A stretch of 64,000 nt of DNA from Bispira polyomma. Taxonomy: Eukaryota. The stretch's first letter is position 1; the number at the start of each line of letters is the position of its first letter. Location of the stretch: NCBI GenBank assembly GCA_965649765.1, contig OZ287756.1, positions 38,998,001-39,062,000 of the forward strand. The letters run 5' to 3'. The notes beneath the pieces are model-generated. The model saw only the letters and a list, made by a program, of their open reading frames with translations, searched no databases and was not told where the DNA came from. The position numbers and the translations under genes were made by a program. Below are positions 36,295 to 50,156 of this stretch, in pieces.

Positions 36295-36960
36295 TACACT
36301 GGTAATAAAAGTATTAATCTGTCTGTATTTATATTGGCCAATAAAACCGGGTCAAACTGGTATTATACATAAATAATTGAGTAGTTTAGTAATAGAGTAG
36401 CCAAAAGTTTATGTCAAATATTACCATTTGCAGTTTAAATTTAGTTTATTTATTTGTCATACACAAAGTATAAATAAATTGTTTAAAGTAACATTTTTTT
36501 AATACACAAATATATATTGGTTTTTTTTTATACAAACATATTCTAACAAGGAATTGTAGTCATTGAATGTGAATGCAATTGTGAAACAATTAAAGTTACT
36601 CATGTTACGTTAATTACTTTATACGCTTCATACTTTATAAGCCTTCAGTGTGTGTTGTATATAATTTTAGTAAGAATACTTATACATTTTAGAGGGGTTC
36701 TGACAAAATAGCTTAAAATAAACTAGAAACCTGTTCTTCCACACTTCAGATGCCTACAGAGGTCAATAAATGCAATTCCTGCTAAAAGGGTGTAAATACT
36801 ATAATTCGAAACTTGGAAGTTGATTACATTACTTCACACTGTAACTGTATATTGGTAATAAAGAAATACTAACCTGTCTGTATTTATAAACCCCAATAAA
36901 ACCGGGTCAAACCGTCTTATACATGAATAATTGATCGAGTGGTTTGGTAGTACAGCAACT
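36295..36960. repeat. Diverged ~110-bp direct repeat, two copies about 550 bp apart
   Basis: tggtaataaa..ctgtctgtatttata..ccaataaaaccgggtcaaac..ttatacat.aataattga at ~36300 and ~36853. Confidence 0.7.
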
Positions 36961-37189
36961 CAGTGTTTAGGTGAAAATCTTATAGTAATACTGACTTGCT
37001 GGGAGGAGAGAGGGTAGTAATTATCCAACACAATTTAAAAAAAATTAAATTTGATTACTTCCACCAATTCCTAACATTAGTTGATTTCAGCCAAGCAGGA
37101 TGGAGGGGAATATATACTCTACATATCTTTTGTGTTTTTTTAAGATAAATTATCAGTACCCTCATTGGCATTAAGATCTATTATCAGTT

Positions 37190-38260
37190 AAGACCATTAA
37201 ACACAGTCTTAAAAGTAAAACTCTTTAAAGGGCCTTGCTTAAAGGTTTAAAAGGCACATTCGTAAAGACAGTAATACAAGAGACAAATCCCAGATTAAAA
37301 TGAACCTATTCACAGATGGTTTGTCTCTGTGAAAACTGGTTAAAAGTTTGTTCAACTCCAAATTTTTTAGGAGACTTTTACGAGCCGAGAGCATCTGCAT
37401 TAGTCACCCTATGCCCAGCTACTGTTGATGGCTTAATGTTATTTTCCTTAAACAGATAGTTTTCGATGTCAGCTGTACTTGAGAGAGGAGGCTTTAAGGT
37501 GTCTACAAAATGCAGCCATCCAAAATCTCACAGGATATGCAAAATGCATCTATTTCCCGAGCTAGATTGCCCGGGACAGTGGATAAGATTTGTAGCAAAC
37601 ACGTCCACCATTATTGTGAGCCAAGTCTGACAAATTATTTTTAAATACTTGAAGATAAGGAGGCCACTCCGTCGGAATGGTCTTGCCCATCCTTGGTATG
37701 TAGTCTGCTATAACATTGAGCTTTCCTGGGATGTGTTCTGCCCCTAGCTTTGGTTCATGCCATTATAGTCCAGATCACCACACACAACTGAAATATATCA
37801 GTCTTGTTCTGATGTATCTGTGAACAAACATTGCAAGATTATGTGAAATAGATGCAGCTTAAGCAGGTTAACCTTGATAAAGTGACAATAGCTTACTTGT
37901 AGTGGTGTCACAATCAATAACCTTGACTCAATTCAAATGTTGAAATTGATGATCTAAACCAGAGATTGAATGAGAAAGGTGAGCTTTTGGATGGCTACTA
38001 AACATCCTATATTTATCTTGCAAGAAAAAGTTGACTAAAAACCGATGAATAGGAATGCCTTGAGAAGCCATGAGTTTACTCGTATCACTACTCTTGTGAA
38101 CTGAGAGAACAAATAATATCCGTAACAATAGAGCCATGGAGTGATGCAAACACCTCTATACATGAACATAAAGTTATTGAGTGTTTTATAAGTATTCATA
38201 AGTAGAAGTGATGCCATCCTTTCACTTTAAATGTTAAAACTGCAAACAAGTACAACCTGT
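37190..38260 (-). mobile_element. Degenerate DIRS1-like fragment (RNase H, methyltransferase-like region, YR start)
   Basis: HIPGKLNVIADYIPR..IPTEW, VDVFATNL and NYLFKENNIKPSTVAGHR, the last homologous to NILFREKVLKPSTLAGY in ORF 60187-60429. Confidence 0.7.
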
Positions 38261-39069
38261 AGAACTGTAGAACGGTAGCCTTATTTGCCAGGGTCTCTTT
38301 CAGACTTGAAGGAAAGAAGACTTATATACAACTGATCATAGGATCATTAAAATACTACAAGCAACCTTAAACTTAAAGTTATAGTACGTGTATTGTTCTA
38401 CATTTTATGTAATATCCCTAACAACAAAGCCTAAAGTTAAAAATATTCCAGAAATTTAAACATAAACAATGCCGGGGGCATATCTATTGAAATTGAAATA
38501 TGAATTCTGATATTAAAGCATATACATATATTCAAGTGATACTAAATACATTTGATGTAACACAACTGATTCCTGGTACATATAACCCTGGACAAAACCT
38601 GTCAGCCCCCTTCCAGTTAAATGATGTTTAGTTACAGTATGACAATTTTGTTACCAAACTGAAAGTCATACTTTCACAAAAACTCACACAACTGGATGGG
38701 GAAAGTGACAGCTTTTTTGCCCAGGGGTGTACACATGTTAAATGAGATCAAAAATATCTTGACTAGATACTTATATTAAAAGGAACATGCAAAATATTGC
38801 TATTGATGGTTGGCGATCTAACAGCTACAATATTTTCAACGACCTAGATACAATTTCAGTAACAAGAACAAGAGGTCAATATAAATCAAATGCACAACAA
38901 AATTCTTGCTGTGATGCATGGGTAGTGTTATCGAAAATTTTATATTATGTAACATTGACACTCTCAAGATCTTGGCCACATTTATACCAGGCTACTCAAC
39001 ATCATAAGGGTATAAAATGTTCTTTTGCATATCATTAACATATTAATATCACGTCTTCATAAGTGTATT

Positions 39070-39566
39070 ATACAAATCTCCCCAGATATGCCCAGTTTAT
39101 CCCCAGAATATGCAGTTTTTACTGGACCTCATAAGATAATGACCATAATATGTTCATACCAGATTATGCATAGACCATACTAGATCTAAGAAGATCATCA
39201 CACGTTTAGGCAATTTTTGCTCCAGATTACACCTGTCCGGTCCAGATCACACAAGATTAAGCTATAACCATGATATGTTCTGTACCGAACTGCCCAATTT
39301 TAGCTGTTTATAACACAACATTTCAAATTTTAACAAGATTATGTCCAAATTATGCTCCGACCTATCCAGTTCTGTCTTATTGTGACTTTTAGAGCCGACC
39401 ACCCACAGAAGTTTTGAACATGTTTAAATTTTCCTTATGACACCAGATCTTGGCAATCTCGCCAGTTTATGCTCAGTTTATCCCATATGCTAAAATTTTT
39501 CTCCAGATCACACAAGATCATGAAATCGCGAGTAAACAGCTCTAAAGAAGTGAAAGTGTCAACCCC
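39070..39566. mobile_element. Old non-autonomous Harbinger-like element
   Basis: Many ccaga(t)/ccagtttat subterminal repeats. Palindrome TTTTGAACATGTTTAAA at 39412-39428. Terminus-like gtgtcaacccc. Confidence 0.45.
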
Positions 39567-41066
39567 ACATACACCCAAACGGTGCACCTTGTGCATGATA
39601 AAATAAAACATAGAAACTAAAAATTATGTAAAATTATATTCCAAATCATTTCTTGTTGGGCCAACTGAGTATTAATATCTTGCCATTTGAAATATAGTAT
39701 CTACCTAGCTATATTTCAAGTGGCAAGATACCAATTTTCAGTTGACACAACAAGGAATGTTTTGGTCTGGGATATGTATAATTTATTTATTTGTAGATGT
39801 TTTAACACAATTCAAAAGTAAAATTGGTAGTAGTTATGGTGGGACAGAAACCATAAATTGTATGTGCACGAATAGTGATGTTTGTCTACATGACTTGTAT
39901 TTACAGCGACTTATAAGCCCATATAGGGCTTGGTATTTTTGTATCTTTTTGCTAATTGCAATAACACAAGACACCATCAAAAGTAAATAACTAGAATCCT
40001 CAGACAAGACATCAGAGAGTCTACATGTCTTTGGGTATTTTGTTTGCAGATCTACAAGTTATTTTTAGTTATTACAGTTAAAGTTTCATTTCTTCAATTC
40101 AATCAATATTATTCTGTTTTCCCCTCACCAAAGCCGTGTTAAAATATTTCCACTTATTTATAGGATTAGTCAGTCAATAATTGGCTCATAATGACTTACC
40201 TGATGTAAACTTGATGGCTACTTGGACCTTGTAGGTCGACATATTATTACATATTCTACCAATTATTACTAATGATTATAAAGATGTGTGTCAGTAGTAA
40301 TCTTAGTAGTAGTGCTACTATTGATTGCACTGGTTGACTTAACATAAGTTGTTATATATACGAGCAAATCAAACTTAAAATTATTAGGTAATATTTACAG
40401 TGCATTGTTTGGCGTTTATAATTCCAGCCGGTCGAAAAAAAAGTTGTGTTGAATTTAAAGACCAAAATTATCTGCATAAAACGTCAAATAACAATACTAA
40501 ATGTTACTGTTACAAATGAATATGAGTCTAAAAGAAGCGTTTTTGACTCAGTGCTTGCCTTTTACTGATTACATCCCATACGTCGAGATCTCTACCAAAT
40601 GGAATCCCCCCTATAAGTGCCAATTTGGTAAACCACCTCAGATTTATATATATCGATAGTCCCTTTAGAAATGCATAAAACACAGCGAATATAAACAATC
40701 ATTCAATGTGTCAACTAGTATACGTAAAATTGTACTCACAAGTTAGGAAATGCCAGTCACACTATTTCCGTTGCTTGATGTCACATTTACGAACGCCTTA
40801 CTCTGCAGCTTTCATCCAAGTGAGTGCACCTTGCACAGGGATGACTATATCACCCCAGTTGTACACTCCCGACAAAAAGTAAAGGAACTAGGGAAAAGCT
40901 CAACTCCACCAAATAGCTGTCTCCTTGTGTTTGACATAGTTCAGTAAAATTAAATAACTACATTACCACTTTAATGTGTCAATTTTTATTTGTCAAGTTA
41001 TATATATCCCAGAATCATTTTATTGATTTACATTTGTATATGTATTCACAAAATGTCGTGTGTAAA

Positions 41067-41270
41067 TATTTGATATTCAGATTTAAGCTTGTTCGATAAT
41101 ATAGGAATAAAATACTTAAACTTGTGTTATATGCGAATTTTAAACGATTTCTGGGTTGAATTAATGCATTTAGTTCAATTCAATATCACAGATCGTTTAA
41201 AATTTGCATAAAACACTCATTTGTATTTTTTCCTATATTATAAGACGAGCTCATATCTGAATATCAAATA
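41067..41270. repeat. ~200-bp imperfect palindrome (foldback element)
   Basis: Nested inverted pairs tatttgatattcagat/atctgaatatcaaata, ataatatagga/tcctatattat and atgcgaattttaaacgat/atcgtttaaaatttgcat. Confidence 0.8.
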
Positions 41271-41769
41271 GACACTTTCTGATTTGTGCTAAACTATAGA
41301 TAGAACAGTATAGCATTCAATGGGAATATATGTTTATAATTTGAAATATATGTGTGTGTATCATTTTAGAATTGATGTCTCTACTTGCTGACTGTATTAT
41401 ATAAAATGGAATGTGAATAGTTTTACAACTTACTGTTTACATTGCATATCTGCCATGTAACCTTTGTTGCTGTGGTTATCATATTTATGATTAAAATATA
41501 TTTTATGGATAATTACTAGTAGTTACTAGTGGAGCATGGAGTTTTTAGGTCAGAGACCTTCTAATATGATCGTTAGCTGAGGTCTAAGATGAACCATTTA
41601 GAGGGTGTAGAATTATTGCTAATATGTCTAATATGTATATAAATATTATGGTGAATATATTTATTTTATATATGGGCGAACTGATAAAAGCTTATTTCAT
41701 AAGAAAAATGAAAGAATTATTTGATGTAGAAATACATTGAAAGGCTAACACAAGGCCACACGCTCAGGT

Positions 41770-44700
41770 TTTCACACATGATTGGGTGACACACGGCCAA
41801 TAATTTTAGAACAATCGGGAGCTTGCAATGACTTATGGTTAGGTCCTAATGACCTATCTTTACAATTGTCCCCGCCCAGGATCCAAATCTGGAGGAATTT
41901 TAAAGAAAACCATTCTGAGTATTCGCCCAATCCTCAATTATGTCGAAAAGCTGCTGACTTATCGCCGTTGGCCCCAACTTATCCTATTGTCTGCTAAGGA
42001 TAACTCATTGGAGGGTAACTCGGGCATGGTTTCTGATAGCTCAGGAAAAAACCCTTGTTTGTAAGGATAACTGTAGCGTGACTTCCGACAAGTCGGAAGC
42101 CACGGCCGAGTCTAAGGATAACTCGGGAACACAGAAGACAACTCAGGGATGACAATGATAACTCGGAAGCATATTTTCATTTGCTCAAGAGTCAAATCGC
42201 GGGACCAGAAGCACATAAAAGGATACCATGACAGGTCACCTCATTTAATTTTTAGCAGCGACTGGCAATTTTCATTGAATATATATTATAAGTTTAGGTC
42301 TTTGCGTTTTTTGTTGTGAGTTATAAGTTTAAAAGTTTTATATTGTTACATTGTACATTTTTTTTATTAAATATGCAACCTAAGAAGAGGGAAAGGAAGA
42401 GGAAGATGGTGACTTATGATGATGAGGAGGAAGATAGGGAGTTTGATGTTAACAGACCTGAAGAGGCTCTGACTGTGGTACCAGAGACCCAGTGATCTCA
42501 GTTTACTGCCCTGGAATACACAAGAGAGACCCAATATACAAAGTGTACAAGGGTCACCAGCACTTGAGGTCAGTCCCTGGTGGCTTCTACATTTAAATCC
42601 ACTTAAACCTAAACCCCCCATTTATTTTCATCGGCTTAATAATGGACTCCCCCACTCACTGTTCAAGTGTCCAGAAATTTGGGCAGGAAAACCAGCAGTG
42701 GAGCGCCCCAACCTCAGTTGTCAAAATTTGTTTGCTGGGAGCAGTCCTTTAAAGCCCACCCTCCTCACCCTTTAATGTTAAGTTAAAATACTATGTATGT
42801 GTATGTCATAGTAAATATGTGTAATCAAATAAATACTCAGTAATTAGTAAATACGCGAGCTAACTGATTTGGTCGGTAAATACGCGTAATCCCTAAAAAC
42901 TTTAGTACATACACATATTTACTAAATTTTGTCTCCACTATTTACAAGTTTACTGGTTGTCATTTCAGTAAACATGTGTAATGTGAAAGTTTTATTTGTT
43001 TAAATTTTTGTTTAATTTGATGTGTTTAATTTGATTTCAAAAGATTAATATCAAAGTTTGGTAATTTCAGTGTTTCTCATGCAAATAATGTACATGTAGT
43101 ATTATTTAGTGGTTTGTTATTAAATTTATTTAGGTTATTAATGTCTTTATTTAGGTCACATCAGAGCACACTACATCATATATATTTTGTATGTGCATTT
43201 TTGTTTACTTTCACAAGTGTAATCAAAATATTGATTCCCCAATAGTATATAAATTAAAAAAACTCTGATTTGTTCTTATTTCAAGTAATATTTTTTTAAT
43301 TTGTGAAAATGAAAAATTGATTTTTAATTACTATTGAATTAATTAAATACTAACATATAGTAAGGTATAACTTTTCTTTGATATTATTGTAAAGAGTTAA
43401 CTGTGCTTCTACAACATCAAAATCTGTAAAGGCCACACTACCTTTATAATAGCTAGATTAAAAGTATCTTATATAAACCCTTATTTTGTTGTAACTAAAA
43501 ATGTGGCTTCTCTAGAAGGTAAACTTTAAATGAGTTTAAAAAACAATGTGCAGTGAAACTTAAATGGATAGTTCTGTTTTTCTAGTATAATATATTAATC
43601 TTTTAAGTTAAATTAATGACAAATTTGTTATAAAATTCTCAAAAGTGATCATAATAATGACAAATGTAGTAACTAAAAATACATAATAAATTTACCATTA
43701 TCATTACATGAACAAATTGTATGTAATAATCTAATTAATTAATTGATATTATTTATTATCAGAGTTGAACATACCACATTTCATGTAAGGTATAAGAAAA
43801 CGTTATTTAAACTAGCAAATCTATTTCAAAATAATTTTCAGGTGTAAATATTTTGAAGAAAAATTGTAACATTATTATTGGTGTAATAAATAAAGATGAA
43901 CTTATTAATAAATGGAAAAATCACAACCACCATATTGTTTGTAATTGTTCATTTAGTATTTGTTTATATCTAACTCCAGGTTTTTAACACTGCAAACTCT
44001 ATAAGTGCCATGTACACCCCTTGGGTTGTTGTTAAACAGCATCAGTCTCTCTCTTTTGTCTCTTTCGCATCAGATTCCCCCAAACTATACACAAAGTTTT
44101 ACAATTTGAGATACGTGCAACATTGCCATACACATACTAATTTGGCCAGTAAATACGGGTAATCCCTAAAAATATCAGTAAATACACATATTTACTCATT
44201 TTTATGTCTAGTAAGTTCACGTATTTATTGAATTGTCTTATTATTCTTTAAGTGATGATTAACTGGTCATATTTAAGTATTTTTTCCATATGATGTAACA
44301 TAATGAACACTATTAGTTGACTTCTACAAAGACAAGCCTCAAGGTTGAGTGAGCTATTTGATGATTTTAGTTTATATGTAATGTTAGATTAGACATTTAT
44401 TAAATCCCAATGACTATTATACTGATGTTGTTATTACTGCGGTGTATCATATCACTTTTTGCCCTTCTCTGGGGCATGCCCTTTGAACTGGGGGCACAAT
44501 TCAACTGGTGAAGCTGGGTGAAGGACACCTTTAAATTTCTGCGGCCTCCCATCATTCTCCAAGTAAACAGGACGGCTGGGTACAAGCTCTTCTCATCTGC
44601 CTCTGCTGGTCATGGGTCGCAGACACCAACGGTCCGACACAGACCAAGCTGAACTGGAGATGGAGGAATCCTTACCGTTGCTGCCCTTTAACCCACCATG

Positions 44701-45870
44701 ATGCAATGACTTTACGGACAGGATGTCCAGGATGGAAGATAGGATAGCCGGCTTCTTGAAGGATGCTGTCAAACCCGAAGTCTAAGGGACCACAAGCTGC
44801 CTTAATGAACTGGCTGTTCTTAAAGACTGATAAACTGTCGAAAACTTTGTTCAACACTTTCAGATAAGAGGCCTTTAACCTGGTCAGCAACTTACCGGAA
44901 CGGATCAAGCGCAGGTCAGACTCTCGCATTTTCAGCAACAACCACAACAGTATCCACAATTTCAACCACAGCTGTGTACCTCCTATGGTATGGGGCCACC
45001 TGTTTTTATCCTACAGTAGCAACAGCAACAACAACAGTATATGTACTACATACAGCAACAACAAGCCAGACCACAAATGTCACAGCCTTCAAACCCTTCA
45101 CCAATCCATACAGTTTAACGACCACCAACCCCAAGTGGAAGTGTAGCTAGTATATCTAGTATCACTGGGACTATTCTGGCAATTGACAACCCTGGGTCAG
45201 TCGAGTCAGACATTCTGAACAGTTCAACAGTCGCATCAATAGTCAGAAATATCGTCATAGGTCCAGGGGATATAAGCTACCAGAGCATCAACACACCTTC
45301 ACATTATGAGCATCGAATCACAGACACAACCACCACAGCCTCCTCCATAGCCACGACAGCCTCCACTTCAGCCATCACAACAACCTTCTTCACCACAGCA
45401 CCACCCCTGCCGAACCTGCCAGATCAGTAGAGTGTACAGAAAACCAAGCAGGGCAGCGAAAGAGCAGAGGGAGCTACAGATGGGAAACTGTCTCAATGAA
45501 GGGGCAGTAACAGAATATGAGACTGAGCTGCAAGAAGAATCGAAAATCGGCCTATTTCAGGGCCACCCTAATGTTGTAAAAACATTATCTGAGATGTTTG
45601 GTAAATGAAAAACCACATCTCACTACAGCAAGCATACTGGCCCCACAAATAACTTGATCCTATGCCCCACCCTCCTCTCCATCCTCTATCTCTTTGAATG
45701 CATCAGGGGACATCCTCAGGAAGTTTCGGTATGACTCCCCATCTTGTAGAAAATTCTTTCTAGTTTATAAACAACTCTTCACGATTATTCCCCATTCCTC
45801 TCCATCCTTCATGTTGGAGCTACGAAAATTTCAAACTGTTTGAAATTCTCGGTATCAGTCAATGTGGCCA
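41770..45870. mobile_element. Decayed PIF/Harbinger element: MADF/Myb-like accessory gene (+) convergent with transposase N-terminus (-), interrupted by other repeats
   Basis: Plus strand SWVKDTFKFLRP (~44512-44550), F..EAFNLV and a Q/S/T-rich tail (44600-45430). Minus strand QDGESYRNFLRMSPDAFKEI (~45688-45747). Subterminal repeats at 41830-42170 and palindrome at 45827-45847. Confidence 0.6.
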
Positions 45871-46006
45871 CCCATGAGTTTATGGGCAAAGTGATATAGT
45901 TCAAGAAATGAAAAGCATTGATATATCTCTTTGGGCATTTAATATATGTCTATCGTACATCTAATATTAATTTGTTAGTCCATTAAACATTCAATAGTAT
46001 GCAACT

Positions 46007-46262
46007 AAGGTGACCTTTAAAGGTTAAGGTAACCATACACACACAAGTTTAAGTTTACCTTTTGAAAAACTGGTGATCACTTTAAGTAAATTACTTTAAG
46101 TAGGTAACTTAAGGTCACCTTAAATTACAAATCTGTTAAAAGTAAAGATGGCAACTTCTTAAGGTAAACTTAAACATTTTCCAAAATGCTAGTCACTTTA
46201 AGGTTAGCTTAAGCAAGCTTGTTTTAAGGTTACCTTTATGGGTCACCTTGTAAGGTAAACGT
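46007..46262. repeat. Cluster of about 10 palindromic AAGGTNACCTT-like 11-mers
   Basis: Best copies at 46007, 46111 and 46226; degenerate copies at ~46026, 46051, 46101, 46161, 46200, 46240 and 46252. Confidence 0.75.
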
Positions 46263-47213
46263 AAAGTTCTAGTTTTAACTATGAACTATTACATACTATA
46301 TGTTACAAAATATACTATGAATATATACATATTACCATGCCCATTCAATAATAACATTTGTATACATTTTTTAAATCATTAAAATAAATGCCCAAGTTGA
46401 ATTATACTATACAGTTTTGTTAAAAGAAACACTTTCTTATTTACAATACGACCATTTCTTTCATTTTTTGGACACAAACACACCTGGAACCTTCAGCAGT
46501 GATAGCTGTTACAATATTTGTGAGGCCTATCTTTATACTAGTTGGTGTCAATTCAACCATTTTGACAGTCATTTGACGTGATTTGTTATGTACTGTTCAC
46601 CCTGGCTTCTCTTTTTTGCACTTTGAGCTTTGCACAGTGTCCCAAGTGACTTTGCCATGTAGCACTTCCCAGCTTCCACTCAATCTTGTACCTCAAAATA
46701 CACAAATTTATACACTTAATACATGTAACATTTTTTATTTTTTTAACAGAATACCCTACAATTAAATCCTTTTTTTGAGATGAGAAGGGTGGGCAATGAA
46801 GCAGCTGTCTCTTCAGTAACCCCTTAAATTACACAGCTGACTCTGAAATGTGTGGTTTTATAGTTCCATTCCGTACCACAGAGCTTTAAATGGAACGACC
46901 CATTTTTGGGAAAGTGGGATGACGGATTTATGGCTTTAAAATGTGGACTTCTCTGACTGACACAAAGTGTTGCGCATTTTCTACACCACTAGTTATCTTT
47001 TTACCCACCTAAACGTCGCCATGGATTGTAGTGTATTCTTTGTAGTGGTAGCTTACTAATAGCTTACTTGTCCAGACATTTGCCATTTCTTGCCGTTGTT
47101 CTCCCTTTTATTCTTGCCGACTAATTTCTAGAATAGCAAGCCACAACTTGACGGTGAAGAGGTGCAACAAAGCAAATAAAGTGTGAGTCACGGATAATAG
47201 GCAAGAATGCCAA

Positions 47214-47472
47214 CAAATTTGAATTTGAATTGTGATATTTAACGTCTACTCTAGTACCTGTTTAGGTTATATTGGGACGGGTAGTTGGAAACGCTGGAGG
47301 AAACACTGCATACAGTTCATCAAGGTTCTGCACTGAAACCAGCGGCCCACAGTAAGGAACTACCACTTTTCCCACATAGACATCGATGGGAGTCGAACTC
47401 ACGGCGCCTAGAGGTGAGAGACCAGTGATTGTGAAGCGCAATGCTTGCTAACCACTAGGCCACCGCGGCCCC
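47214..47472 (-). mobile_element. Full-length tRNA-derived SINE
   Basis: Same A box, B box (GAGTTCGACTCC) and tail as 28061-28311. Probable TSD AA(G/A)AATGCCAA at 47203-47213 and 47474-47484. Confidence 0.9.
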
Positions 47473-47736
47473 TAAAAATGCCAAGGAATGAACTGTGATG
47501 TGAGAGAAACTACCACCAATGAGCTACTTATCAGTGGCGAGGAAGAATGAAGTCCAACTGTAGATGCTTGGCTCGAGTACATAAATAGCTAATGCGTGAG
47601 GAAGAAAATCATTAATGAACAGTACAACCCTTTGTGGATAAAAGTTTTTGACTTAAATTGTTAAAGTTAAAATTTTAACTTTGTCTCTCCTCAATTTGTG
47701 TATTTATCTGGTATTTTGTGTTATTAAACTGAAACT

Positions 47737-49340
47737 ATGCCAAAGAAACCAAGTGTGGGGAAGAGGATGGTGAGGCCTCAGGGCATTGAAGACGCAGGGG
47801 ACACCCAGCCAGTTGGCTCCACCAAATTTCAGAAGCCTTCCATCTTGAGACTGAGGCAACAGAGGTCCTGATGGGGCTGAGGACGTTGCAGAAAGGGTGC
47901 CAAAGAAGAAAAGGACTATCTAGCTAACAGAGGAGGATGAGATTGTTGTATCAAAGATAGGGTTTGCCTCTACAACAAGGACAAGAAGGAATACCGAGAT
48001 GTTGACAAAAAGGCTCTGTTGTGTCGGAAGCAGTCAGACCTGATAGTCATAACTGGTAAGACTTTCATTTATATTGTACCATTTTAGTGTGTTTTATTAT
48101 ATAGTATGTATCTCTAATAAAGTAGTTAAAAGTAGCTGTTATCCAATATATACTCTTTGAATAGAATTCATGTCTTGTGAGATAATCTGTAATAAGTTAA
48201 GTATTTGTATATATAAATCTATACCAAAATGTGTGGATTCTAAAAACGATTTGATGTGGAATTGCCTAATGTGTGTAAATGTGCAATTATAAATCTGTAA
48301 GTGTACATGTATACAAAGCAAGAGTTGTTTGTGTTGGATTTTTGATTTTCACCTATTTTCGCTGTGTTACTTTTAGTTGATGAACTACAGGTCTGGTACT
48401 AGGGCATGGAACAATGAACGGAAAGCTGACATCTTCCAAATCTTGAGATGGGGTCAAAGAACTGACAGACAGAGATCCATGGATCATGGACCGGCTATCT
48501 TTCCTCGACTCACCTGTAGTGTAAGTACATATGATATGCATCCAACTCCCTTTGGAAGTAGAATTCTGATCAGTGGAAATAGCTGTCCAGTAGAAGTTGC
48601 TTATTTAACTGTACTAAGAAATGTTATGCTCCTGAATAAAGAAAAAGTAGCTTGTTCATCCGACGGAAACTGATCTGTTTTTATATCTTGTCCTTGTTGT
48701 TATTGTACTTTACCACTTGACAGCACATAAAAGAAGAAGAATCTACTAGTTATTTACAGGAAAATTAATATAATATTTGCATTAATAATGGTTTATCAAG
48801 TATGTTACCTTTTCGCAGGAGAATACTGTGCTGTGCAGATATATGCACGCTTTTTCATGTTATACCAACAGTTGTTTTTTTTATGTGTCAACAGGCTCAT
48901 CTCGGAAGTGGTTGGGAACACACAGGCATAGTCAAAGCACTAGATATGTCAATAGGGCTTGGGAGTTTGTCGATATTGGGCTTTTTTGTTCTTTTGGGGC
49001 ACAGCCTCTTCCGCCTCTGCTGCTTCTCACACTGTCACTGACTAGGATGATACTCCTGATGATCACGAGGACATGGGCAACCACCTCGACAGCAGTACAC
49101 TTCCTCTCTGACATGAGAAAAAGCTGCTGGAGAAGCTGTATGTCAAAAGTGCGACATCCAGCATCACAGACCTAGAGCTCGGCATACATATCATACCATA
49201 CTAAGACTGTAAGGGGTTACTGGCTGAGCAGTATGATGTCCCAGATCCACAACAATCTCTGGTACAGTTTTTATCAGCACTCTTTCGATTTGGTCTCCAT
49301 GGCAAATGTGAGTCTTAATTCATTCGAGAGCAGGCAGAAG
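47737..49340 (+). pseudogene. Spliced MADF/Myb-SANT-like Harbinger accessory gene, decayed
   Basis: IKDRVCLYNKDKKEYRDVDKKALL, phase-1 intron G|GTAAG (48056) to TTTTAG (48376), then VDELQVWY*..GKL..KS..ELTDRDPWIMDRLSFL and a donor GTAAGT at 48521. Contains stops and frameshifts. Confidence 0.7.
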
Positions 49341-50156
49341 CTGCATGGAGTAAAATTAACTTGAGGATAGGTAGCAAGTGACACAGCAGCAATATAGTCA
49401 GCAGCAATTAGACCAGCATTAGACCAGCATGACTGCATCATATGACCTGACAATCAACCTATCAGACGTTTATTTTGGGGCGCCAACTAACATCCCCGCG
49501 ACAAACCAATCTAAGATCTCTTTACAATATACATTGCTTGTCCTGTGGCCGCATTCACAAAAATTTAAGAATATGACTATTTGTGAATACCAGCCCTGGA
49601 GTGTAATATTCTCAACCAAAATTAATTTTTTATTTGATAGAAGAAATAGTTAATTCAAATAGTTTTGACCATTTGTGTTGTTACAAGTCTTCTTATCCAT
49701 GTAACCATCCATGTATATTTGAATAACCTGAGCTTTACTAATTATATTTCTTTCTTTATAAAACTGATTTCAAGGTTAATGGACTGACATAAATATATAG
49801 TCAGTCACACTTACGTTTTGCCTACGTTTGAAATTTCGCAAACATGAGAACACACAAGTAAACAAAATCAATATTTTGAGCGTATACGAGCGAAAGCCAA
49901 AAATTATTATGTTTCACGTACGTTTAATCCATTTTCTTCCTGTTTCTTTCGAACATTGACACACACGGAATGTGATTTTTAGCTGCTGTTTTAATCACGC
50001 TTGTGACGCCTGGCACGTTATGTATTACGTTTGGAAATGTTTCATACATTTCGGTCACGTATTACACACATTTTCCTTACATTTTCATTCTGCTTACAAC
50101 GTTTGGGATGCGTTAATTACACTTTAGCTGCTTTTCTCAGGCTCCAAGCTTCAAAA

